Part shown: piece by piece, positions 35,866 through 46,329 of the stretch
How positions within the stretch are numbered: the first letter of the stretch is position 1
Layout: every line of letters begins with the position of its first letter
Source: Armatimonadota bacterium
GTDB taxonomy: Bacteria; Bacillota; Desulfotomaculia; Desulfotomaculales; Nap2-2B
Assembly (NCBI GenBank): GCA_023511535.1
Contig: JAIMBK010000007.1
Span: 3,866-67,865 of the forward strand
Direction: 5' to 3'
Length of the DNA stretch: 64,000 nucleotides
Made by a program: the position numbers and the translations under genes
The notes under the pieces: model-generated
The model's input: the letters and a program-made list of their open reading frames with translations, nothing else
What the model was told of the DNA's origin: nothing
The model's database searches: none

Positions 35866-36717
35866 ATGCGTTTTTTTTATTACCCGGGCTGTTCTCTGGA
35901 AGCCACCGCCAGAGAATATGACCATTCCGCCCGCTCGGTATGCCGCAACCTGGAAATTGAGCTGGCGGAAAGCAAGGACTGGTGCTGCTGTGGCGCCACT
36001 TCCGCGCACAGCTTAAACCACCTTCTTTCCATCGCTCTGCCCGCCCGCAACATTGCCCTCGCCCAGGAAGCGGGAGCCGACATCGTCGCCCCCTGTTCAG
36101 CATGTTTCAACCACCTGAAAAGGGCCGACAAAACCTTACGCGAAAATGAAAAAGTCCGCCGCGAAGTAGAAGAGATTGTCGAATTTAAATACACCGGAGC
36201 AATCAACATTTATTCCCTTTTAGAAGCTTTGGTCAATATCTACGGTCTGGAACAAATCGCCGCCCGGGTAAAAAAACCGTTAAACGGCTTGAAAGTGGCC
36301 TGTTACTACGGCTGTATGCTGGTGCGCCCGCCCGAAATAACCAATTTCGACCGGCCGGAAAATCCGGTTACCATGGATCAGTTAATGAGCAGACTGGGCG
36401 CCGAACCAAAGTTATGGTCCTACAAAACGGAGTGTTGCGGAGCCCACCAGGGGATCGTGAACGAAAAGTTCACCACCCGCCTGGTGAATACGTTGCTGGA
36501 AATGGCCGTGGAGGCCGGGGCGCAGGCATTGGTTACCAGCTGCCCGTTGTGCCAGGCCAACATAGAGATGCGCCGGAACCGCACGTGTACGCTTCCGTCT
36601 TTTTACTTTACCGAGCTGATGGAAATCGCCCTGGGCGTTCCCGTGCAAAAAATCTGGTTCAAAAAGCATCTGATCAATCCGCTCCCTCTGCTGGAATCGC
36701 TTTCCCTGGTAGGTTAA
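35866..36717 (+). CDS. hdrB: Heterodisulfide reductase subunit B
   Basis: YYPGCSL, WCCCG, PCSAC, YYGC, ECCG, SCPLC (two CCG domains). Confidence 0.95.
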   Translation: MRFFYYPGCSLEATAREYDHSARSVCRNLEIELAESKDWCCCGATSAHSLNHLLSIALPARNIALAQEAGADIVAPCSACFNHLKRADKTLRENEKVRREVEEIVEFKYTGAINIYSLLEALVNIYGLEQIAARVKKPLNGLKVACYYGCMLVRPPEITNFDRPENPVTMDQLMSRLGAEPKLWSYKTECCGAHQGIVNEKFTTRLVNTLLEMAVEAGAQALVTSCPLCQANIEMRRNRTCTLPSFYFTELMEIALGVPVQKIWFKKHLINPLPLLESLSLVG

Positions 36718-36756
36718 AGCAACCGGCAAAACTTTGGTAGATGGAGGGTAACTTCC

Positions 36757-39700
36757 TTGTTAAACGTTGCCAAAGATCATCCCGTGGGTGCCGTGATGGT
36801 GGTGGGCGCAGGGATCAGCGGCATTCAATCGGCCCTGGACCTTGCCGAAAGCGGTTTTAAAGTTTACCTGGTGGAAAAGTCGCCGGCCATCGGGGGAACC
36901 ATGCCCATGCTGGACAAGACTTTTCCCACTAACGATTGCTCGATGTGCATCCTTTCCCCCAAACTTGTCGAGTGCGGACGCCACCGCAATATTGAGGTGC
37001 TTACCCAAACGGAAGTAGTCGACCTCCGGGGCGAGCCGGGGAACTTTGTAGTTACCGTCAAAAAACACCCCCGTTTTGTCGATCTTAAGAAATGCCTGAG
37101 CTGCGGCTCCTGCGCCGAAGAATGCCCGGAGGAGGTACCCTGCGAATTCAACCAGGGGTTGGGCGTCCGGAAGGTAATTTACAAACCGTACGCCCAGGCC
37201 TTCCCCAATGCCTACGTAATCGACAAAGAACATTGTCTGGAATGCCTGGCCTGCGTGGAGGCCTGTCCGGCAAACGCCATTGACCATGAGATGGAGGAGG
37301 AAACTCTCGAAATACCGGTCGGCGCACTGATTATTAACCCGGGGTTCACCCTGGTGGAACCGTCTTTACGGGGCGAGTACGGTTATGGCATTTACGATAA
37401 TGTGATCACCAGCCTGCAGTTCGAACGCATGTTAAGTGCTTCGGGCCCATTCCAGGGGCACATCCAGAGGCCTTCGGACGGTACCGTACCGAAAAAGATC
37501 GCCTTTATCCAGTGTGTCGGTTCCCGGGACATTTCCATCGGGAACGGCTACTGCTCCGGAGTCTGCTGCATGTACGCCACTAAAGAGGCAATCATCGCCA
37601 AAGAGCACGAGCCGGATGTGGAGGTTACGATTTTTTACATCGATCTTCGCGCTTACGGTAAAGATTTTGAAAAGTACTACCAGCGGGCTCAAGAAAACTA
37701 TCAGGTCCGCTACGTCCGGGCAATGATCTCTTCGGTAAAAGAATTGCAGCAGACAAAAGACTTGCGCCTGCGCTACCGGAACGAAAAAGGACAGCTTACC
37801 GAGGAAGATTTCAGTCTGGTTGTTCTCTCCGTCGGCTTAAGACCGGCGGAGGACGCCGCGCGTTTGAGCGCTGTGCTGGACATAAAATTAAACGGATATA
37901 ACTTCTGCCAGCCGGAAGAATTAAGCGGGGTGGGGGGCTCACGCCCGGGCGTTTTTGTCTCCGGCGCCTTCGGGGGGCCGAAGGACATTCCCGAAACGGT
38001 TATGCAGGCCAGCGCGGCAGCGGCAGACGCGGCTACCCTGCTGGCCGCGGGGCGAAACACACTGGTGACGGAAAAGACTTACCCGCCCGAAAGGGACGTT
38101 CACAACGAGGAGCCCCGGATTGGGGTTTTCGTCTGCCACTGCGGGATCAATATCGGCAGCGTGGTAGACGTGCCGGCAGTGACCCAGGCAGCTAAAAAGC
38201 TGCCCTACGTCGTTCACGCGCAGGATTACCTCTACGCCTGCGCCCAGGACAGTCAGTCGGCGATGAAAGAAATCATCGCCGAAAAAGGATTAAACCGCGT
38301 GGTGGTGGCTTCCTGCAGCCCGCGTACGCACCGGCCGCTTTTCCAGGAAACCATGCGCGAAGCGGGACTAAACCGCCACCTTTTCGAAATGGCCAATATC
38401 CGTGACCAGTGCTCCTGGGTCCACATGAACGAGCCGGCAAAGGCTACAGAAAAGGCCATCGACCTGGTCAGGGCGGCTGTCAGCAAGGCGGCGCGCCTAA
38501 CTCCCATCGCGACGCAGGAAACTGCAGTAACCAAAGCTGCTCTGGTTATCGGCGGCGGAGTGGCGGGATTAACCGCAGCACTGGAAATAGCCCGGCAAGG
38601 CTACCGGGTTGACCTGGTGGAAAAAAGCAACCGGCTGGGCGGAACGGCCGAACGGCTCAAAAACGGATTACAGGGTGAAAATGTGGCTGGTTTTTTAGCG
38701 GAGTTAATCAAAAACGTGACCAATCACCCGCTGATCAACGTCCACCTTGCCGCCGAAATTACCGAAGTGGCCGGCCATACCGGCAACTTCACCAGTAAAC
38801 TAAATAGCGGTGAAGAAATCAGGCACGGGGTAGCCATTATCGCCATCGGCGGCAGGGAAGCGCAGCCGGCGGAGTACCTGTACGGCCAGGACGAGCGGGT
38901 GCTGACCCAAATGGAACTGGAGGAGTTTCTCGCCGGCGCCGGTGACCGGCTGAAAAATTTAAAAAACGTGGTTTTCATTCAGTGCGTGGGTTCGCGCGAA
39001 GAGGACCGCCCGTACTGCAGCCGGATTTGCTGCAGCAAAACTATTAAACTTGCCCTGGCGCTGAAAAGGATAAACCCGCAAGTGAACATCTTTGTCCTCT
39101 ACCGCGACATTCGCACTTATGGTTTTTTCGAAGACCTGTACCGCGAAGCGCGCCGGCAGGGAGTTATCTTTATCCGCTACGAAAAAGAACACAAGCCGCA
39201 AGTGAAAAAAACCGGCTTAAACGGGCTTTCCCGGTTGCAGGTAACCCTTCGTGAGCCCGTTTTGAACGAGGAAGTCGAAATTGAGGCCGACCTGCTGGTC
39301 CTGGCGCCGCCGATTCTGGCCCCCGCGGACAATCAAAAAATCTCCCAGCTTTACAAGCTGCCTTTAAATGCCGACGGCTTCTTCCTGGAAGCCCATATGA
39401 AATTGCGGCCGGTGGATTTCCCCGCCGACGGAATTTACCTGTGCGGCCTCGCCCACGGCCCTAAAAACCTCGAGGAAAGCATTACCCAGGCCAAGGCGGC
39501 GGCCGGGCGGGCGCTCCCCATTTTAAGCCGTGAAAAGCTGGAAACGAAAGGCGTAACAGCCGTTGTCTTTCCTGAAAAGTGTGCGGCCTGCCTCACTTGC
39601 GTCCGCCTTTGCCCGTTTAACGCACCGCGGATCAACCCGCACACCCATAAGGCGGAGATTGAGGCGGTCCAGTGTCAGGGCTGCGGCACCTGCGCCGGAG

Positions 39701-39783
39701 AGTGCCCCAATAAGGCGATCCTCCTTCAGGGATACTCCGACGAACAACAAAGAAGTGCCGTGGAAGGTTTGTTTTTAAATTAA
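36757..39783 (+). CDS. hdrA: Heterodisulfide reductase subunit A (long, duplicated FAD-domain type)
   Basis: GAGISG, LDKTFPTNDCSMC, IQCVGSR (x2), FVCHCG, ANIRDQCSW, terminal 2x[4Fe-4S]. Confidence 0.95.
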   Translation: MLNVAKDHPVGAVMVVGAGISGIQSALDLAESGFKVYLVEKSPAIGGTMPMLDKTFPTNDCSMCILSPKLVECGRHRNIEVLTQTEVVDLRGEPGNFVVTVKKHPRFVDLKKCLSCGSCAEECPEEVPCEFNQGLGVRKVIYKPYAQAFPNAYVIDKEHCLECLACVEACPANAIDHEMEEETLEIPVGALIINPGFTLVEPSLRGEYGYGIYDNVITSLQFERMLSASGPFQGHIQRPSDGTVPKKIAFIQCVGSRDISIGNGYCSGVCCMYATKEAIIAKEHEPDVEVTIFYIDLRAYGKDFEKYYQRAQENYQVRYVRAMISSVKELQQTKDLRLRYRNEKGQLTEEDFSLVVLSVGLRPAEDAARLSAVLDIKLNGYNFCQPEELSGVGGSRPGVFVSGAFGGPKDIPETVMQASAAAADAATLLAAGRNTLVTEKTYPPERDVHNEEPRIGVFVCHCGINIGSVVDVPAVTQAAKKLPYVVHAQDYLYACAQDSQSAMKEIIAEKGLNRVVVASCSPRTHRPLFQETMREAGLNRHLFEMANIRDQCSWVHMNEPAKATEKAIDLVRAAVSKAARLTPIATQETAVTKAALVIGGGVAGLTAALEIARQGYRVDLVEKSNRLGGTAERLKNGLQGENVAGFLAELIKNVTNHPLINVHLAAEITEVAGHTGNFTSKLNSGEEIRHGVAIIAIGGREAQPAEYLYGQDERVLTQMELEEFLAGAGDRLKNLKNVVFIQCVGSREEDRPYCSRICCSKTIKLALALKRINPQVNIFVLYRDIRTYGFFEDLYREARRQGVIFIRYEKEHKPQVKKTGLNGLSRLQVTLREPVLNEEVEIEADLLVLAPPILAPADNQKISQLYKLPLNADGFFLEAHMKLRPVDFPADGIYLCGLAHGPKNLEESITQAKAAAGRALPILSREKLETKGVTAVVFPEKCAACLTCVRLCPFNAPRINPHTHKAEIEAVQCQGCGTCAGECPNKAILLQGYSDEQQRSAVEGLFLN

Positions 39784-39785
39784 AA

Positions 39786-39824
39786 TTAAGCGAGGCAATC
39801 TTTTTTTTGGATTGCCTCGCTTAA
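39786..39824. terminator. Bidirectional terminator between hdrA and metF
   Basis: ttaagcgaggcaatc-ttttttt-ggattgcctcgcttaa inverted repeat. Confidence 0.85.
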
Positions 39825-39831
39825 TGTCTTT

Positions 39832-40773
39832 TTATTCAACTTTCGGCCGCGGGTGCAGACCGGCGCGCTGCACAATCTCCGGCACCACTTCTTCCCAGGC
39901 GATCGCCATGATATGTACGCCGTGTACGCCGGGAATATGCTCGCGGATATACCTGATTTGCTCGATGCAGATTTCCACGCCTTCTTTTTTCGGATCCTCG
40001 GCCTTCTTCAACCGCTCCACGATCTCGTCGGGCACGATCATGCCGGACACGCTGGTCTGCAGATACTTGGCGGCCCGCCAGCTTTTTAAGGGAGTGACTC
40101 CGGCCAGAATATACGCCCTTTCGTGGAGCCCCCGCTCCCGGACCATCTCCATAAACCGCTCGAAACGCTCCATGTCGTATATACACTGCGTCTGGATGAA
40201 CTCAGCGCCAGCGTTAATTTTCTTCTCCAGACGCATCACCCGGAACTCAAAGGGATCGGCAAAGGGATTGGCCACGGCGCCGATAAAGAAGCGGGGCTCG
40301 TGTTCCTTTATTTCCTCGCCGCAGAAAAACTTCTTCTCGTCCCGCATCCGCCGCATCAGATTGATCAACTGAATGGAATCAATATCGTAAACATTTTTAG
40401 CGGTCGGGTGGTTGCCGAATTTCTGATGGTCGCCGGAGAGGCAGAGCAGATTCCTGGCCCCCAGACTGTAAGCCCCGAGCAAATCACTCTGCATGGCGAT
40501 GCGGTTCCGGTCCCGGCAGGTCATCTGCACAATCGGCTCGACGCCGCAGCTTAAAATGTGCACCGCCGCCGCTATGCTCGACAGGCGGACGATGGCCGTC
40601 TGGCAATCGGTAATATTGGTGGCGTCCACGTAATCTTTCAGCATCCGGGCGTGGTGTCTGATCCCGTCGGCGGAAGCGTGCTTGGGCGGACCGATTTCCG
40701 CCGTCACCACAAATTCGCCCCTGGCCAGCAGTCTTTCCAGTTTGCTTTCCGTTTTTACTTCCCGTTCAGGCAT
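39832..40773 (-). CDS. metF: Methylenetetrahydrofolate reductase
   Basis: VTAEIGPP, NITD, QMTCRDRNRIA, LSGD, KKINAGAEFIQTQ, GVHIMA. Confidence 0.95.
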   Translation of the reverse strand: MPEREVKTESKLERLLARGEFVVTAEIGPPKHASADGIRHHARMLKDYVDATNITDCQTAIVRLSSIAAAVHILSCGVEPIVQMTCRDRNRIAMQSDLLGAYSLGARNLLCLSGDHQKFGNHPTAKNVYDIDSIQLINLMRRMRDEKKFFCGEEIKEHEPRFFIGAVANPFADPFEFRVMRLEKKINAGAEFIQTQCIYDMERFERFMEMVRERGLHERAYILAGVTPLKSWRAAKYLQTSVSGMIVPDEIVERLKKAEDPKKEGVEICIEQIRYIREHIPGVHGVHIMAIAWEEVVPEIVQRAGLHPRPKVE

Positions 40774-41440
40774 CGATAATCACATCCTCCCTGACCGCCC
40801 GGCGCGGCCCGCCGTCCCTGGCCGTGGACCAATCTTTCGGAGGCATGATCTCCATCAGCCGCTCGAGTTTGCCCAGCGCCTTCATCCGGTCGTAAATCAA
40901 CTGCCAGGCGCAATCCACGTCCCTGGCGATCTCGCATTTACCATCCTGCGAACCGCCGCAGGGGCCGTTTAAGATGCTCTTCGAACAGCGGATGACCGGG
41001 CAGATGCCGCCCGTTAAATGCAGGATGCAGTTTCCGCACAAACCGCAACGCTCCGCCCAAACTCCCTGTTCCAGGGAACCGCCGGCAAATTTTGTGTCCA
41101 GAGCGGGGACCACCCATTTATGCGGGTAACGCTCGGCAATGTACTGCACACCCACGCCGCAGGCCAGGGAAACCACGGCATCCACATCCCCAATCAGATT
41201 ATCCAGAGGGAGCAGGTATTCCGGATCACACTGGCGCGTACAGGTGAAGGTAACCGTTTCCAATGGATTCCCTTCCAGCTGGCGCTTGATGCGCAGAGCG
41301 GAAGCCAGAAATTCAGTTTCCTTTTCCCCGCCGGCCAGGCAAACGGTAACACAGCCCGCGCAACCGACCAAAAGCACTTTTTGGCAATCGTTAATCAGGC
41401 GGGCAATCTCTTCCAGCGGCTTTTGCTGAGCGACGATCAT
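40766..41440 (-). CDS. metV: MTHFR small Fe-S subunit MetV
   Basis: GCAGCVTVC..GG, ERCGLCGNC, GGICPVIRCSKSILNGPCGG, CAWQLIY. Confidence 0.93.
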   Translation of the reverse strand: MIVAQQKPLEEIARLINDCQKVLLVGCAGCVTVCLAGGEKETEFLASALRIKRQLEGNPLETVTFTCTRQCDPEYLLPLDNLIGDVDAVVSLACGVGVQYIAERYPHKWVVPALDTKFAGGSLEQGVWAERCGLCGNCILHLTGGICPVIRCSKSILNGPCGGSQDGKCEIARDVDCAWQLIYDRMKALGKLERLMEIMPPKDWSTARDGGPRRAVREDVIIDA

Positions 41441-41862
41441 TTCTCCTCACCCTTCCTTCGTAAAGGACTGGGGCCTAGTTTTTTAATCCTTTCGGTCATC
41501 TCGTTGGCAATTTCCGCAAAACGCGGCCCCATGGCTGCCGAAAGGTTAAAAAACTCCAGCCTTTCGCTTTCCAGACCAATTTCGGCGAGTACCTTTTTGA
41601 CGTAATTAACCCTCTTTTTGGCCCGGTAATTGCCTTTCAAAAAATGGCAGTCCCCTTCCATGCATCCCGCCACGTACACTCCGTCGGCACCTTTTTCAAA
41701 AGCATCCAGGATCACCCGGTGGTCAATGGTACCGGAACAGGGCATTTCCACGATCCGGATATTTGGAGGATACTGCAATCTCATTGAACCGGCCAGGTCG
41801 GCCGCCGAATAGGCACAGTAATGGCAACAAAAAGCGACGATTTTTGGCTCAAATTCTTCCAC
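41437..41862 (-). CDS. mvhD: MvhD [2Fe-2S] subunit (Cys form)
   Basis: FCCHYCAY, PCSG, AGCMEGDCHF. Confidence 0.93.
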   Translation of the reverse strand: MEEFEPKIVAFCCHYCAYSAADLAGSMRLQYPPNIRIVEMPCSGTIDHRVILDAFEKGADGVYVAGCMEGDCHFLKGNYRAKKRVNYVKKVLAEIGLESERLEFFNLSAAMGPRFAEIANEMTERIKKLGPSPLRRKGEEK

Positions 41863-41867
41863 TTTAC

Positions 41868-44800
41868 TTATGACACCTCCTCAAACAACCCGTCGACCAT
41901 CCGCATAAACATACGGTCGCTGAATCCCTGCAGAGTAATGGCCTTGTTCGGGCACTCGCCGGCACAGGTACCGCACCCCTGGCACAAAACGGGTTCGATT
42001 ACCGCCACGTTGTCTTTAATCCGGGGCGCGTTAAACGGACAGAGACGGACGCAGGTAAGGCAGGCCGCGCACTTTTCCGCTTCCACCACAGCCACCACGC
42101 CCTTTGATTCGAGCCGCTCTTTGCTCAAAACCGTACAGGCCCTGCCGGCGGCCGCTTTGGCCTGGGTAATGCTTTCCTCGATTGTTTTCGGCCCGTGCGC
42201 AAGGCCGGCCATAAACACGCCTTCCGAGGCAAAATCCACCGGGCGCAGCTTCATGTGCGCCTCCAGGAAGAAACCATCCTCGTTTAAGGGGAGCTTAAAC
42301 AGCTGGCTTAACCGGGAGTTTCCTTCCGCCGGCACAATCGCCGCCGCCAGGCCGACGAGGTCGGCCTCGATAACCAGGGGAATGTTTAGCACGTGATCTT
42401 TTACCGTAACTTTTAAAGTGTCCCCTTCGCCCTCCACCACCGGTTTTTCTTCCTGCCGGTAGCGGACAAAAATAACTCCTTTCTGCCGGGCTTCCTGGTA
42501 TAGCTCCTCGTAAAAACCATAGGTCCGGATGTCACGGTAAAGCACGTAAACGTTAACGGCCGGGTTTATTTTCTTCAAATCCAGCGCTATTTTCATCGAC
42601 CTGGTGCAGCAGACCCGGCTGCAGTATGCGCGTTCCTGATCGCGCGAACCAACGCACTGGATCAACACAACATTTTTCGCCCCGGTCACCCGCGGGTCGC
42701 CGGCCTCCAGGGCTTCTTCCAGCTCCAGCTGGGTAAAAACGCCCGGATGCTGCCCGTACAGGTATTCCCGGGGCCTGTATTCCGCCCCGCCGGTAGCCAC
42801 GATCGTCACCCCGTGCCGTAATTCCTCGCCGGTGCTTAAGACGGTCACAAAATTGCCCAGGTAACCACTCACCGTTTTGATCTCGGCACCCGGGTAGGTG
42901 TCAATCCGGGGGTGCGCGCTTACTCTGGTGACCAGATCTTCTACGGCGGCTTGAATATTTTCGTCTCTTAGCCCGTGTTTCATTCGCCGGGCGATGCCGC
43001 CTAACGTTTCCGATTTCTCCACCAGGTGGACGCGATAACCCTGCTCCGCCAGGGAAAGGGCGCTGGTCATTCCGGCCACCCCACCTCCGATCACCAGGGC
43101 GGATTTTGTTACCTCAATCGCCACCTGTTTTACGGGACGAAGCAGAGCGGCTTTCGCCACGGCCATCCTCACCAGATCCATCGCCTTTTGCGTTGCTTTT
43201 TCAGGAACAAACATATGCACCCAGGAGCACTGATCGCGAATGTTGGCCATCTCAAATAAACTCCGGTTCAGGCCCGCCTCCCGGATGGTTTCTTGAAAAA
43301 GCGGGCGGTGCGTGCGCGGGCTGCAGGAAGCCACCACTACCCGGTTCAGTCCGAGTTCCGCGATTTTCTCCCGGATGCGCAACTGCGTATCCTGAGAACA
43401 GGTATACAGATTATCTTCCGCGTAAACCACGTACGGCAGCTTCCTCGCCATTTCCACCACCGCCGGCACGTTTACCACGCCGCCGATGTTTATCCCGCAG
43501 TGGCAAACAAAGACACCGATCCGCGGCTCCTCCCCATCAACCTCCCGCTCAGGGGGGAACTCTTTTTCGGAAACCAGTTCACCGCGCGCTTCGGCCAGCA
43601 GGCTTCCGGCGGCGCCGGCAGCGGCGCTGGCCTGCATTACCGTCTCCGGAATATCCTTCGGACCGCTAAAGGCTCCGGCCACGTAAATGCCCGGCCGGTT
43701 GGTACCGACTCCTGTCAAGGGTAGCGGGGCGGCAAAACCGTAACGGTTTAACTCCAAACCTAAACGCCGGCCCAGTTCAACAACGCCCGCGGCCGGTTCC
43801 AGACCGATGGACAGCACCACCAGATCAAATTCTTCGGTGTTCACTGTCCCGTCCTCGTCAACGTAACGGACCAACACGTTTTTATCGTTAGTCTCTTCCA
43901 GGGCATAGATGCGCGAACGGATAAACCGGACACCGGCCTCATTTTTCGCCCGTTCGTAATATTTTTCAAAACCTTTCCCATACGTGCGCATATCCATAAA
44001 GAAGATTGCCGTGTCCAGGGGTTCCTTGCTATGTTCTTTGGCGATAATCGCTTCCTTGACGGCGTACATACAGCAAACCGAAGAACAGTAGCCGTGCTCC
44101 TCCCGGTAGTTCCGGGAGCCGACGCACTGAATCCAGGCAATCTTTTTCGGCTCTTTGTGGTCGTAAGGACGCACCAGGTGCCCCTGGTAAGGCCCCGAAG
44201 CGCTTAACATCCGTTCAAACTCCAGGCTGGTCAAAACATTGGGGTATTTTCCATACCCGTAATATTTCAACAACGAAGCGTCGAATTTTTCAAAGCCGGG
44301 GCAGAGGACAAGCGCGCCCACCGTTAGCTCCAGCTCTTTTTCGGTCATCAGATGGTCGACGGCGCCGGCCTTGCAGGCCCGCACACACTCCATACACTCG
44401 GAGCAAACACCACAGTTCAGGCAGCGCTCCGCCTCCCGGCGGGCATCTTCGAAGGTATAACCCGGGCTAACTTCAGCAAAGCTTTTCGCCCGTTCAGCCG
44501 GCCTGGCGTGTTGAACCGCGGGCGCCGCACAGACCGGGATCTCCCCTTCCTTGAACCGGAAAGAAGCCACTTCTTCGTCAGGAACCTTAAAGGTGCGTCC
44601 TTCTCTTAAGTCCCGGCCGTTCAAATAACGGTCAATGGACTCGGCCGCCCTTTTGCCGGCCGCAATTGCCTCCACCACCGTCTTCGGGCCGGTAACCGCA
44701 TCCCCGCCGGCAAATACTCCGGACACGGCAGTGGCCAGCGTTTCCGGATCGGCCGCCAGCGTGCCGCCTTTCGTTTTTTCCAGGGAAATACCTTCCAGGC

Positions 44801-46283
44801 CGGGCTTCTGGCCGACGGCCAGAATTACTGTATCCACTTCCAGGAAAAATTCGCTCCCGGGTACCGGTACGGGCCGCCGGCGCCCGCTTTCGTCCGGCTC
44901 GCCAAGTTCGTTTCGCAGGCACTCCAGGCTGACCAGCCTCCCATTTTCACCGTGGAAAGCCTTGGGGCTGGCCAGCATTAAAAACTCTACGCCTTCTTCT
45001 TTTGCTTCGGCGATTTCCTCGGGCAGGGCGGTAATTTCCGCCTCCGTCCGCCGGTAAACAATCGTTACTTTTTCCGCGCCCAGCCTTAAGCAACTGCGGG
45101 CGCAATCCATGGCGGTGTTTCCGCCGCCGATTACCGCCACGCGTTTGCCAACCGTCACTTTCTCGCCCAGCGCTAATTTCCGCAGCAATTCCACCCCGTG
45201 GACGACGCCGTCCAAATCCTCGCCCGGAACGTTCACGCTCGTGCCGCGGTGGGCGCCCACCGCGACAAATACCGCCTTGTAGCCATTCGCCAGCAGACCA
45301 TCAACGGTAAAGTCCCGGCCCAGCCGCTGGTTGTATTTTATTTCCACACCCAGCTTTTCCAAAAGACCCACTTCCAGGTCAACCCACTTTTTGGGCAGGC
45401 GGTATTCGGGGATACCCACCCGCAGCATCCCGCCGGCTACGGGCAGCGCTTCCAGAACGGTTACCCGGTAGCCCTTTTTGACCAGCTGGTAAGCGCAGGA
45501 GAGTCCTGCCGGTCCCGCACCGATCACGGCCACTTTTTCTTCCCGGGGAGCGGGAAGCGTGGGTAGCGGAATCTTCTCCGGATCACTGTAAACGTAATCC
45601 GCCGCCGCTCTTTTGAGCAGCATTATCTTCACCGGCTCATCCACCCGGCTGCGATAGCACTCCCTCTGGCACGGGTGCGTGCATACGCGGCCGCAAACAG
45701 CCGGGAAGGGATTATCCCGGTAAATCAATTCCCAGGCTTCCTTAAACTTACCCAGTTTGATCAGCTGGACGTAACCCTGGGCGTTGACTTGTGCCGGGCA
45801 GGCCGCCCGGCAAGGAGAAAGACCGCGCTTATCAATGGCGAATGCGTTTGGAAAAGCCTGGGCGTAAAGTTTATAAGCCGCTTTTCGGCTGTCTAAGCCC
45901 TGGTTGAATTCATTTTCCACGGTCACCGGGCAGGCCTGGGCACATTCACCGCAACCCGTGCACTTCTCCAGGTCGATGTAACGGGCCCGCTGCCTTACCT
46001 TTACCTTAAAATTTCCCGGCTCACCGTCAACCGCCAGCACTTCTGCGTCCGGATAGGTTTTAATGTTTAAATGGCGGCCACATTCCACCAGCTTGGGGGA
46101 AAGAATACACATGGAACAGTCGTTGGTGGGAAAGGTTTTATCCAGCATGGGCATGGTGCCTCCGATCGCCGGCGAATTTTCGATCAGGTGCACGTAGTAA
46201 CCCGCCTCGGCCAGATCTAAAGACGCCTGGATGCCCGCTATGCCGGCGCCCACCACCAGCACTGCCCCAACTTTTTCAGACAC
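41868..46283 (-). CDS. hdrA: HdrL-type HdrA with an inserted GltD/NfnB-like NAD(P)H-FAD module
   Basis: HdrA motifs plus SPCRAACP...VCGRVC...GAGPAG...GGGNTAMD...YRR...AGGD; GTG 46283 after a strong RBS (ORF extends to 46316). Confidence 0.93.
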   Translation of the reverse strand: MSEKVGAVLVVGAGIAGIQASLDLAEAGYYVHLIENSPAIGGTMPMLDKTFPTNDCSMCILSPKLVECGRHLNIKTYPDAEVLAVDGEPGNFKVKVRQRARYIDLEKCTGCGECAQACPVTVENEFNQGLDSRKAAYKLYAQAFPNAFAIDKRGLSPCRAACPAQVNAQGYVQLIKLGKFKEAWELIYRDNPFPAVCGRVCTHPCQRECYRSRVDEPVKIMLLKRAAADYVYSDPEKIPLPTLPAPREEKVAVIGAGPAGLSCAYQLVKKGYRVTVLEALPVAGGMLRVGIPEYRLPKKWVDLEVGLLEKLGVEIKYNQRLGRDFTVDGLLANGYKAVFVAVGAHRGTSVNVPGEDLDGVVHGVELLRKLALGEKVTVGKRVAVIGGGNTAMDCARSCLRLGAEKVTIVYRRTEAEITALPEEIAEAKEEGVEFLMLASPKAFHGENGRLVSLECLRNELGEPDESGRRRPVPVPGSEFFLEVDTVILAVGQKPGLEGISLEKTKGGTLAADPETLATAVSGVFAGGDAVTGPKTVVEAIAAGKRAAESIDRYLNGRDLREGRTFKVPDEEVASFRFKEGEIPVCAAPAVQHARPAERAKSFAEVSPGYTFEDARREAERCLNCGVCSECMECVRACKAGAVDHLMTEKELELTVGALVLCPGFEKFDASLLKYYGYGKYPNVLTSLEFERMLSASGPYQGHLVRPYDHKEPKKIAWIQCVGSRNYREEHGYCSSVCCMYAVKEAIIAKEHSKEPLDTAIFFMDMRTYGKGFEKYYERAKNEAGVRFIRSRIYALEETNDKNVLVRYVDEDGTVNTEEFDLVVLSIGLEPAAGVVELGRRLGLELNRYGFAAPLPLTGVGTNRPGIYVAGAFSGPKDIPETVMQASAAAGAAGSLLAEARGELVSEKEFPPEREVDGEEPRIGVFVCHCGINIGGVVNVPAVVEMARKLPYVVYAEDNLYTCSQDTQLRIREKIAELGLNRVVVASCSPRTHRPLFQETIREAGLNRSLFEMANIRDQCSWVHMFVPEKATQKAMDLVRMAVAKAALLRPVKQVAIEVTKSALVIGGGVAGMTSALSLAEQGYRVHLVEKSETLGGIARRMKHGLRDENIQAAVEDLVTRVSAHPRIDTYPGAEIKTVSGYLGNFVTVLSTGEELRHGVTIVATGGAEYRPREYLYGQHPGVFTQLELEEALEAGDPRVTGAKNVVLIQCVGSRDQERAYCSRVCCTRSMKIALDLKKINPAVNVYVLYRDIRTYGFYEELYQEARQKGVIFVRYRQEEKPVVEGEGDTLKVTVKDHVLNIPLVIEADLVGLAAAIVPAEGNSRLSQLFKLPLNEDGFFLEAHMKLRPVDFASEGVFMAGLAHGPKTIEESITQAKAAAGRACTVLSKERLESKGVVAVVEAEKCAACLTCVRLCPFNAPRIKDNVAVIEPVLCQGCGTCAGECPNKAITLQGFSDRMFMRMVDGLFEEVS

Positions 46284-46329
46284 AGTCACCCCTCCCTTCA
46301 CTTGAGCAAAGCTCATTTTCTTTTCTTGC